From contig JAISXG010000070.1 of NCBI GenBank assembly GCA_031270605.1, positions 10,482 to 74,481 on the forward strand: a stretch of 64,000 nucleotides of DNA, given 5' to 3'. Below are positions 38,248-46,351 of this stretch, piece after piece (the stretch's first letter is position 1; every line of letters starts with the position of its first letter). The stretch is from Oscillospiraceae bacterium. GTDB taxonomy: Bacteria; Bacillota; Clostridia; Oscillospirales; Acutalibacteraceae. Under the pieces are notes generated by a model, which did no database searches, had not been told where the DNA came from, and worked only from the letters and a program-made list of their open reading frames with translations. The position numbers were made by a program, and so were the translations under genes.

Positions 38248-39951
38248 ATGATGTCACAAACTGCAACAAAAAAAACCGCGCTGGCACAAACACCGATTGC
38301 AATTATTGAAGAAACAACGAACTCGCTGCCCCGCGCGGCGTCGCCTGAAGAGGTTGGTATTTCTTCTCAGGCTATTTTGAATCTGCTGGATGAATATGAC
38401 AAGCAGGGGTATGAATATCATGGTCTCATGATTCTTCGCCACGGCAAGGTCGCATTTGAAACCTACCGCGCACCCTACGCAAAAGAGATTCCACACTCCA
38501 TCTATTCTTTTTCAAAGAGTGTGGCGGCCACATCCATCGGCTTTGCGGTGGAAGAAGGCTTGCTCTCCCTCCATGACCCGGTGGGCAAATTTTTCCCCGA
38601 ATACCGCCCCAAAAAAAACGCCGAGCGGTGGGACAAAATCACCATCTGGCATGTGCTCACAATGACAACGGGCTTTGCTTTTAACGTGTTTCATCAAAAC
38701 TCCAACCCCGACTGGGTAAAAGATTATTTACACTCCCATTTGCGTGACGAACCCGGTTCTGTGTTTCATTACACAAACGAAAACGCTTATCTTATTAGCG
38801 TCCTGATTCGACGCATTAGCGGGCAGACGCTGTTTGAATATTTGAAACCCCGCCTGTTTGACCCTCTGGGTATTGATGTGCCCTATTCAGAGGTTGACGG
38901 CGCAGGCAACCAGGGCGGCGGCTGGGGAATCATCTGGAAGCTTGAGGACTCCGCGAAATTCATCCAGTGCTACCTCAACAACGGCAAATGGAACGGCAAA
39001 CAGATCATCCCCGAATGGTGGGCAGTCGAAGCCACCAAAACGCAGGTATCGAACGCCGACAATATTAAGGCCGATTCTAAAGTGGGCTACGGCTATCAGT
39101 TCTGGATGTGCTCGCTCCCCAACACCTTTGCCTGCCGCGGCATGTTCTGCCAGCAGGGCGTGGGTATGCGCGACCATGACGCGGTGTTTGTATATGTGGG
39201 CGCCGAGGCAGACGAACAAAAGCCCTATGACGTGATTTATCCCCACTTCCCGGCAGGATTCTTGGATGAATCCGAAAAACATGAGGCTGACGAAACGGTG
39301 CTCAAAGAGCTGAAAAGCCGTGCGGAAAATCTCACCTTCCCCGCCCCTCCGGTTTCAAAACGTATTTCTGTCCTTGAAGAAAAGTGTAATAACAATGTTC
39401 TCCGTTTGCGCAAACACCTGTTTTTGAACACGATCGGCTTCCCTTTAAGCCTTTTGCCCATGACTGTCAACCAAATGGCGCTGGACCGCGCGGGCCATAT
39501 TGACAATGTCTATCTTGATTTCAAAGAAAATGAAGTATTCTTCACCTGGCAGGAAGGCAAAAAAGCGCAGTGGATTAACACCATTCCCCTCGGGCTTGAC
39601 GGCAAGTATCGCGAGGGCCGCATTAACCTTTCCGGCTTTGAACTTGACACTTACTCCTATGCCAACTGGGAGGATGACAAAACATTACTTTTAAACATCC
39701 GTCCCATCCAAACCTGCTGCAGCCGCACATTGCGAGTTGAATTCAAATCACACGACCGTGTAAAAATAATTCCCCGCTCGACACCTAGTTTCAAAAGCGT
39801 GGCGGATAATTTATACCACCTCTCCCATGCCTTTCTCAACAACAGCAAGCCGCTGTGCGCTCTTTCAAAATTCCTCTTTTCAATCGCCCCGGCGGTGATG
39901 GAGGCGAATTTTCATGGCAAACTCAAAAGCAGAAAGCAGTTTAAAAGGTAG
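38248..39951 (+). CDS. Beta-lactamase-fold serine hydrolase (family S12-like amidase/esterase), cytoplasmic
   Basis: 567 aa. SxxK (YSFSKS) and YxN (HYTNEN) motifs, no signal peptide, and a ~200-aa C-terminal extra domain. Confidence 0.75.
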   Translation: MMSQTATKKTALAQTPIAIIEETTNSLPRAASPEEVGISSQAILNLLDEYDKQGYEYHGLMILRHGKVAFETYRAPYAKEIPHSIYSFSKSVAATSIGFAVEEGLLSLHDPVGKFFPEYRPKKNAERWDKITIWHVLTMTTGFAFNVFHQNSNPDWVKDYLHSHLRDEPGSVFHYTNENAYLISVLIRRISGQTLFEYLKPRLFDPLGIDVPYSEVDGAGNQGGGWGIIWKLEDSAKFIQCYLNNGKWNGKQIIPEWWAVEATKTQVSNADNIKADSKVGYGYQFWMCSLPNTFACRGMFCQQGVGMRDHDAVFVYVGAEADEQKPYDVIYPHFPAGFLDESEKHEADETVLKELKSRAENLTFPAPPVSKRISVLEEKCNNNVLRLRKHLFLNTIGFPLSLLPMTVNQMALDRAGHIDNVYLDFKENEVFFTWQEGKKAQWINTIPLGLDGKYREGRINLSGFELDTYSYANWEDDKTLLLNIRPIQTCCSRTLRVEFKSHDRVKIIPRSTPSFKSVADNLYHLSHAFLNNSKPLCALSKFLFSIAPAVMEANFHGKLKSRKQFKR

Positions 39952-39986
39952 AAACTTCCGCCTCGCAGAGAAAGGATGATTTCATA

Positions 39987-41261
39987 ATGAGCCCTGCACA
40001 AACCGCAGCACTCTCCCCTCCAAAAATAAAAGAACAGCAAGCTTTGGGCATCGCCCGCATTTTGCTTTTGTCTCTGCCCTATGCTTGGATTTCAGTATTC
40101 AACAGTGTGCTTGACAACGGCCTGCCCGTTTTTCTTGTTGCTCCAATTGCAGACGGCGGCCTTGCTTTAAGCTTTACGGCCAAGGGCATTGTGATGGCGA
40201 TTGACAACATCCTCGGGTTGTTTCTACTGCCGCTGTTCGGCAAACTGTCAGACAGAAGTCAAACCCGCTTCGGCAAACGCTCGCCCTTCATCATCATCGG
40301 CGGCGCAGGCGCAGTCATTACATGGGCGGTCACCGGCCTTTTTCTCGGCATGCACGCAAAGTGGATGTTTTTGATTCTGCTTTCTTCGGCGCTCGGATTC
40401 ATCGCCATATCCCGCCCGGCGTCTCTTTCTCTGCTGCCGGACATGACGCCCCTCTCCCAGCGCCGCAGCGCCAACGCCATCACCCAGATTGTCAGCATTG
40501 TCTGCACCGTTGTGGGCATTTTATTAGTTTCTATTTTTGCCCCAAAGGGCTACGAAACCGTTTTTTACGGCACATCGGCCGTCATGCTGGTGCTGATTGT
40601 TTTATATCTGTTCACCGTGCGTGAAAAACAATGGGCTGCGGAAAGCGCTATTTTGATGAACGAAGACTCCGATGCAGTGCAAAGCACGCAATCCGGCAAT
40701 GCTTCCCGTTTTAACAGGCGTATGCTGCTCTGCGTTGTATTTTTCTTTTATGTAGCATATAACGGCCTTGTTTCCTCTCTCTCCAACTACGCAATGGAAG
40801 TGCTCCATCTCTCAAAAGATAAATTTGTGCTTCCTCAGGCAATGACGCTCGTAATGGCCTGTATCGTTGCCGTTCCTGTGGCGAAACTCTCCGCAAAGCT
40901 GCGGCGCAAAACATCACTGCTCATCGGTGTTGCAACCATGGGCACGGCGTTCACGGTTGCCGGGCTACAGAGCGGACTGAATGCATTGATGTTCATCAGC
41001 TTTTTGCTTGTGGGCGTGGGATTCGCTGCAGTCATCGTGAACCTTTACCCTTACATGCTGGAGCTTTCAGACCCCGATAAAATCGGCAGCAGCACAGGTG
41101 TTTTTAATACTGTGATGACGCTCGCCATGGTACTTACCCCCATTATGAGCGGCTGGCTTTCTGATCAAATCGGCATCATTATTTTGTTTCCCTACTGTAT
41201 CGCCGCGCTGGCGCTTTCGCTCCTTGCGCTTGTATGTATGAAAGATAAAAAGACAGGTTAA
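39987..41261 (+). CDS. MFS transporter (GPH / MFS_2-like loop motif)
   Basis: 424 aa, about 12 TM segments. Loop 2-3 motif GKLSDRSQTRFGKRSPFII. Confidence 0.8.
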   Translation: MSPAQTAALSPPKIKEQQALGIARILLLSLPYAWISVFNSVLDNGLPVFLVAPIADGGLALSFTAKGIVMAIDNILGLFLLPLFGKLSDRSQTRFGKRSPFIIIGGAGAVITWAVTGLFLGMHAKWMFLILLSSALGFIAISRPASLSLLPDMTPLSQRRSANAITQIVSIVCTVVGILLVSIFAPKGYETVFYGTSAVMLVLIVLYLFTVREKQWAAESAILMNEDSDAVQSTQSGNASRFNRRMLLCVVFFFYVAYNGLVSSLSNYAMEVLHLSKDKFVLPQAMTLVMACIVAVPVAKLSAKLRRKTSLLIGVATMGTAFTVAGLQSGLNALMFISFLLVGVGFAAVIVNLYPYMLELSDPDKIGSSTGVFNTVMTLAMVLTPIMSGWLSDQIGIIILFPYCIAALALSLLALVCMKDKKTG

Positions 41262-41294
41262 AACAGTTCACTTTAAAATTTGATAGTTTGTTTC

Positions 41295-41458
41295 TAGGCC
41301 TTGTTTGTAAAATAGGAATTTGACGAAAAGCGAGAGATTTTTTCGCAAAACAAGGCCAAAAATTGCAGGAATACTTGCCGTATTGCAAGATTTTTTAACG
41401 CAGATTTGCGGAAAAATATCCGTCTTTTGGGCAAGTTGTCATTTTCAAACAAGGCCTA
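41295..41458. repeat. 13-bp perfect inverted repeat pair bracketing the MFS/aminotransferase spacer, plus an internal third partial copy
   Basis: taggccttgtttg (41295-41307) and caaacaaggccta (41446-41458). The partial copy aaaacaaggcc is at 41347-41357. Confidence 0.45.
41363..41396 (+). terminator. Terminator-like hairpin plus T6 after the MFS gene
   Basis: ttgc-agg-aatac-ttgcc-gtatt-gcaa followed by g-a-tttttt. Confidence 0.45.
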
Positions 41459-41479
41459 ATAAGAAAGGATGGTCATAAA

Positions 41480-42814
41480 ATGCCCTCTTTAACAAAAGAA
41501 GAAGTTCTCGCACTTGATAAACAATATAACCAGCACCCTTGGCTGACCGGCACGGTGGAACCCCTCGCCATTGCCCGCGCCGAAGGTATTTATTTCTGGG
41601 ATTATGACGGTAAACGCTATTTTGATATGTCCTGCCAGTTGACCTGCTCAAATATTGGCTTCGGCAACGAAGCGGTCAACAACGCGATCAAAGCACAGCT
41701 TGACCGGTTTGCCTATGTCGCCCCCGCGCACGCGTTTGAAGCAAAGTCCGTGCTTGCCAAAAAGCTTGTTGAACTGGCCGGCGGCGGCATGGCAAAGGTG
41801 TTTTTCACCTGCGGCGGTTCGGACGCGAATGAAGCGGCCCTCAACATGGCCCGCACGGTCACAGGCCGCGCGAAGGTGCTTTCACGCTACCGCAGCTATC
41901 ACGGCTCAACGCTGGGCAGCGGCAACATCTCGGGCGACCCCCGCCGATTCTCCCTTGAACAACCTGCCGCAAACGGCTTTTTAAAATTTTTTGACCCTTA
42001 TGTTTACCGTTCGGACAGAGCATTTGAAAGCGACGCGGCAGCTTCAGCTTATTATCTCGGCCTGCTCGAATCGCAGATTCAGTATGAAGGCACAGACCAG
42101 ATCGCGGCGGTTTTTGTGGAGTCCGTCACCGGCGCAAACGGCGTAATCGTCCCGCCGGACGGTTATTTGCAAGGCCTGCGCGAGCTGTGCACCAGATACG
42201 GCATCCTGCTTGTGTGCGACGAAGTCATGGCGGGCTTCGGCCGCACGGGCAAAGCCTTCGGCTTCCAGCACTGGGGCGTCGAGCCGGACATCATCAGCTT
42301 CGCAAAGGGCGTTACCTGCGGCTATGTGCAGCTCGGCGGCATCATCATCAGCCGACAAATCGCCGACTTTTATAAAGACCACCTTTTCCAGTTCGGCCTG
42401 ACCTACAGCGGCCACGCACTGGCCTGCGCGGCGGGCGTCGCCTGTTTGGAGCTCTATGAAAGAGAAAACCTTTTTGAACGTGTCGCATCCCTCGGCAAGG
42501 TGCTGGGTGAGCTGCTCGAAGAACAAAAAGTAAAACATGCCTGCGTCGGTGATGTGCGCTACATCGGCCTGTTCTCGGCTCTGGAGCTTGTAAAAAGCAA
42601 AGAGACAAAGGAGCCTCTGGTTCCCTACGCAAAAGACGCGGAAGGCGTGATGAAGCGCATATTCGGCCTGCTGCGCGAACGCGGATTCTCCACCTACGGG
42701 CGTGAGAATAATATTAATGTGACTCCGCCCTTAACAATTACAGAGCAGGAGCTGCGCGAAGCCTTCGTGATTCTTGACGAAGTGCTCACGATTGTGGATA
42801 AAACCTTCATTTGA
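41480..42814 (+). CDS. Class-III (omega) PLP aminotransferase, taurine/beta-alanine:oxoacid transaminase-like
   Basis: 444 aa. GGSDANE, CDEVMAGFGRTG and ISFAKG (PLP Lys) motifs. Confidence 0.8.
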   Translation: MPSLTKEEVLALDKQYNQHPWLTGTVEPLAIARAEGIYFWDYDGKRYFDMSCQLTCSNIGFGNEAVNNAIKAQLDRFAYVAPAHAFEAKSVLAKKLVELAGGGMAKVFFTCGGSDANEAALNMARTVTGRAKVLSRYRSYHGSTLGSGNISGDPRRFSLEQPAANGFLKFFDPYVYRSDRAFESDAAASAYYLGLLESQIQYEGTDQIAAVFVESVTGANGVIVPPDGYLQGLRELCTRYGILLVCDEVMAGFGRTGKAFGFQHWGVEPDIISFAKGVTCGYVQLGGIIISRQIADFYKDHLFQFGLTYSGHALACAAGVACLELYERENLFERVASLGKVLGELLEEQKVKHACVGDVRYIGLFSALELVKSKETKEPLVPYAKDAEGVMKRIFGLLRERGFSTYGRENNINVTPPLTITEQELREAFVILDEVLTIVDKTFI

Positions 42815-42850
42815 CTGGTATTGCATCCGAAAGAAAGGAACGAACAATTT

Positions 42851-45319
42851 ATGGCAACTGTTATATATTCATCTCAGGAGCAGCGCCTGCAAAAAGAATC
42901 CAACAGCGGCGCCACAGGCTCGCGCGTGTCCGCCCTGCTTGAGCAGGTCCGCGCCGCCCGACCCGCCATCGACATAGAACGAGGCAAATATTTCACCGAA
43001 TCCTTCAAACAGACCGAAGGAGAAAAATTAATTCTGCGCTGGGCAAAAGCCTTATATCATTACGCGGCAAACGCTTCGGTTTATATTGACGACGGGCAGT
43101 TAATTGCGGGACGCATCGGCAAGGGCATCCGCTACGGCGTGCTTTACCCGGAGCTTGACGGCGACATTTTGGGCGAGGCCATCGCCTCCATCGCCTCCCG
43201 CGACACCTCCCCTTTTGACATCAGCGAAAAGGACAAGGGCATCATCCAAAACGACATCGCCCCCTACTGGAAGGGCAAAACCTTTCATGAGGCGCTCGCA
43301 AAGGCGATTCCCGCCGATACAAAGCCGCTCACATACAATAACGACGAAGAGTTCACCTCCCGTTTTGTCGTAAACGAAACCGCCTCTTTCCGTTCCTCCA
43401 TTCAATGGGTGCATGACTATGAAAAACCCCTGAAAATCGGATTTTTGGGCATTCGCGCCGAAGCGAAACAGGCCCTCTTTGCGCTTGACGAATTCAATCC
43501 GGTACATAATAACGAGAACAAGCCCTTTCTGCAGGCAATCATCCTTATGGCGGACGCGATCATTCTTTGGGCCCGCCGCCACGCGGAACTTGCCCGAAAA
43601 AAAGCCGCGGCCGAAACAAACCAAACGCGCAAGGCAGAGCTTTTGGAGCTTGCTGAAATCTGCGAAAGAGTGCCCGCCCACCCGGCGCGCACCTTCCATG
43701 AAGCCGTGCAGAGCCAATGGTTCATCCAGCTCTTCTCCCGCGTGGAGCAAAAAACAGGCACCATCATTTCAAACGGCAGAATGGATCAATATCTTTATCC
43801 CTATTATAAAGCCGACCTTGAGAGCGGCGCAATTACCCCCAATAAAGCACAGGAGCTGCTGGAATGCGTGTGGGTTTCCATGGCGCAATATGTCGACCTC
43901 TATCTCTCAAAAGCGGGCGGCGCGTTCAACGAAGGCTATGCCCATTGGGAGGCGGTCACCGTCGGCGGCCAGACGCCGGACGGGCAGGACGCAACCAATG
44001 ATTTGACCTACCTCATTTTAAAATCCAAGCGCGACTTTCCCCTCAACTATCCCGACCTCGCGGCGCGCATCCACATGCGTTCCCCCAGGCGTTATCTCTA
44101 TGACGTGGCGCAAACCGTCAAAGACGGCTCGGGCTTCCCCAAACTGATCAACGACGAGGAAGTCGTGCCCCTGCTGCTCGCGAAGGGCGCGCGGTTTGAC
44201 GAGGCCTATGACTACGCCGTTTCAGGCTGCGCGGAAGTCAGAATGCCCAATAAAGACACCTTCACCTCCCCCTGCGCCTATGTCAACTTTGCCGCGGCGC
44301 TCGAACTGGCTCTTTATAACGGCAAAATGCTGAAATACGGGGATGAACAGCTCGGATTGCAGACAGGTGAGCTGGAAGATTTTCAAGACTTTAATTCTTT
44401 CCTGCAAGCGTATCTTGCGCAGCAGAAACATTTGCTCAAGCATGCGTTCATTCAGCAATATCACGTGAACAAGCTGCGTGAGCATCATTTCGCCGCCCCG
44501 CTCTCCTCCGCGCTCAATGCGGTGTCCGTTGCGGCGCAAAGGGATATTCACACCGAATTCATCCCCGGCGGCATTGACCTTGGATATTATGAGTGCATCG
44601 GCTACGCCACGGTCATCGACTCCCTCGCGGCAATCAAAAAACTGGTGTTTGAAGAGAAAACCGTCACCGCCACCCAGCTCAAACAGGCCCTTGAAACCAA
44701 TTTTGAGAACGATGAGCTGCTGCGTCAGCGTCTGCTGCGCACCCCGGCCTACGGCAACGATGACCCCTATGCGGACGACTTCGGCAAGCTCATTGACAAA
44801 GAAGCCATCGCATTCACCGAAGGATATTGCAAAACGCTCGGTGTGCGGCTTGATTTGCGTTATGTGCCCTTCACCTCAAACGTGCCCTTCGGAAAGGTGA
44901 TTTCCGCGACGCCCAACGGCCGCTTTGCGTGGGCGCCCCTCTCCGACGGCTCGTCAGCCTCACAGGGTTCCGACAAAAAGGGCCCTGCGGCGATTCTTCT
45001 TTCAAATTTTCACACAAAGAACTATGACCGCAGCCACCGCGCCGCGCGCCTGCTAAATATCAAGTTCACCCCCGGCAGCATCGCGGGCAAAGAAGGCACA
45101 CAGCAGCTTGTGAATTTTATTGAGGGCTGGCGCGACCTGAAACTTTGGCACATCCAGTTCAACGTCATCAATCAGGAAACATTGCTAGCAGCCAAAAAGA
45201 ACCCCGAGCAATACCGTAACCTGCTTGTGCGCATTGCGGGATACAGCGCCTATTTCTGCGAGCTCTCGTCCGATTTACAGGATGATTTGATTTCACGTAC
45301 GGCGCACGGTGCAATCTAA
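42851..45319 (+). CDS. Glycyl radical enzyme of the Cys-x-Glu (eliminase/lyase) type, possibly a sulfonate C-S lyase
   Basis: C-terminal glycyl radical motif VRIAGYSAYF and thiyl loop VSGCAEV. NGRMDQYLYPYY and TFHEAVQSQWF are conserved GRE motifs. An ATG at 42851 or a TTG at 42821 could be the start. Confidence 0.85.
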   Translation: MATVIYSSQEQRLQKESNSGATGSRVSALLEQVRAARPAIDIERGKYFTESFKQTEGEKLILRWAKALYHYAANASVYIDDGQLIAGRIGKGIRYGVLYPELDGDILGEAIASIASRDTSPFDISEKDKGIIQNDIAPYWKGKTFHEALAKAIPADTKPLTYNNDEEFTSRFVVNETASFRSSIQWVHDYEKPLKIGFLGIRAEAKQALFALDEFNPVHNNENKPFLQAIILMADAIILWARRHAELARKKAAAETNQTRKAELLELAEICERVPAHPARTFHEAVQSQWFIQLFSRVEQKTGTIISNGRMDQYLYPYYKADLESGAITPNKAQELLECVWVSMAQYVDLYLSKAGGAFNEGYAHWEAVTVGGQTPDGQDATNDLTYLILKSKRDFPLNYPDLAARIHMRSPRRYLYDVAQTVKDGSGFPKLINDEEVVPLLLAKGARFDEAYDYAVSGCAEVRMPNKDTFTSPCAYVNFAAALELALYNGKMLKYGDEQLGLQTGELEDFQDFNSFLQAYLAQQKHLLKHAFIQQYHVNKLREHHFAAPLSSALNAVSVAAQRDIHTEFIPGGIDLGYYECIGYATVIDSLAAIKKLVFEEKTVTATQLKQALETNFENDELLRQRLLRTPAYGNDDPYADDFGKLIDKEAIAFTEGYCKTLGVRLDLRYVPFTSNVPFGKVISATPNGRFAWAPLSDGSSASQGSDKKGPAAILLSNFHTKNYDRSHRAARLLNIKFTPGSIAGKEGTQQLVNFIEGWRDLKLWHIQFNVINQETLLAAKKNPEQYRNLLVRIAGYSAYFCELSSDLQDDLISRTAHGAI

Positions 45320-45451
45320 TACGAATCCCTCATAAAAAGCTTGCTAAAAAATCCGCACAAAACCACATAAATCAAAGCTTTTGGTTGATTTTTTAGAGCT
45401 TTTTTAATCGGGAGTTCGTATCAATCTATTGAACAGTTCAGGGAGCGCAGC

Positions 45452-46300
45452 ATGACAGACCATGAAAAAACAGGCTATATTTTTAATATCCAGCACTTTT
45501 CTCTGCACGACGGCCCGGGCATCCGCACCAATGTGTTTCTCAAGGGTTGCCCTCTGCGTTGCCGCTGGTGCTGCAACCCCGAATCCCACGCGCTGCTGCC
45601 CGAGGCGGCGTTTGACAAGTCAAAATGCATTCTCTGCGGCGCCTGCTCTTTGGGCGCGAAAGAACCTGCAGTGCGCTTTGAACACGGTGAAAAGGTGATT
45701 GACAGGACGGCCCTGCATGCCAATGGCGAACGCCTTGCGCTGGTGTGCCCCACGGGCGCGATCAGCCTTTACGGCGAGCAGAAAAGCGTGGGAGAAATTC
45801 TTGACGAGGCCGAGCGTGACGCCGCGTTTTATTCCCGCGGCGGGGGCGGCATCACACTCAGCGGCGGCGAGCCTCTGTTTCAGGCAGAGTTCGCAACGGC
45901 AATTCTCCGTGAAGCAAAGCGGCGGCACATCCGCACCGCAATCGAAACCTGCGGACATGTGCCGTGGGAAACCCTGCGTGAGGCGGCTGAGCATCTTGAT
46001 TATGTGCTTTATGACATCAAAAGCCTGAATTCGGTAAGCCATAAAGAGCAGACGGGCGTGGGCAATGAGCAAATTCTTGAAAATTTCCGCCTGCTGTGCG
46101 AGCACTTCCCCGCCCTGCCGAAGCTGGTGCGCACACCTGTGATTCCCGAATTCAACGAACATGAGGCCCTCGAAATCAAGGCATTTGCCGAGAGTTTCCC
46201 GAACGTGACTTTTCAGGCGCTGTCCTATCATACCTTTGGCGTGAAAAAATACGCGATGCTCGGCAAAACCTATACAGGGTATATTAAAAATACAAATTAA
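45452..46300 (+). CDS. Glycyl-radical-enzyme activating enzyme (radical SAM)
   Basis: 282 aa. CPLRCRWCCNPE CX3CX2C motif plus a ferredoxin-like Cys insert (CILCGAC...CPTGA). Confidence 0.9.
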   Translation: MTDHEKTGYIFNIQHFSLHDGPGIRTNVFLKGCPLRCRWCCNPESHALLPEAAFDKSKCILCGACSLGAKEPAVRFEHGEKVIDRTALHANGERLALVCPTGAISLYGEQKSVGEILDEAERDAAFYSRGGGGITLSGGEPLFQAEFATAILREAKRRHIRTAIETCGHVPWETLREAAEHLDYVLYDIKSLNSVSHKEQTGVGNEQILENFRLLCEHFPALPKLVRTPVIPEFNEHEALEIKAFAESFPNVTFQALSYHTFGVKKYAMLGKTYTGYIKNTN

Positions 46301-46339
46301 AAAAGCCTGACGCAGCTTTTGCAAACGTCAGGCTTTTTT
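46301..46339. terminator. Bidirectional terminator
   Basis: aaaaagcctgacg...cgtcaggctttttt. Confidence 0.7.
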
Positions 46340-46351
46340 ATTATATAAAAA

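Noticed and set aside
43100-43750. 216-aa - strand ORF inside the GRE gene; similar cases are 45620..46324, 50329..50970, 52756..53550, 61999..62976, 29309..29929 and 26711..27211
   Set aside because: All are antisense to genes with strong family motifs, have no RBS context and have biased Arg/Gly/Ala composition. I treat them as shadow ORFs.
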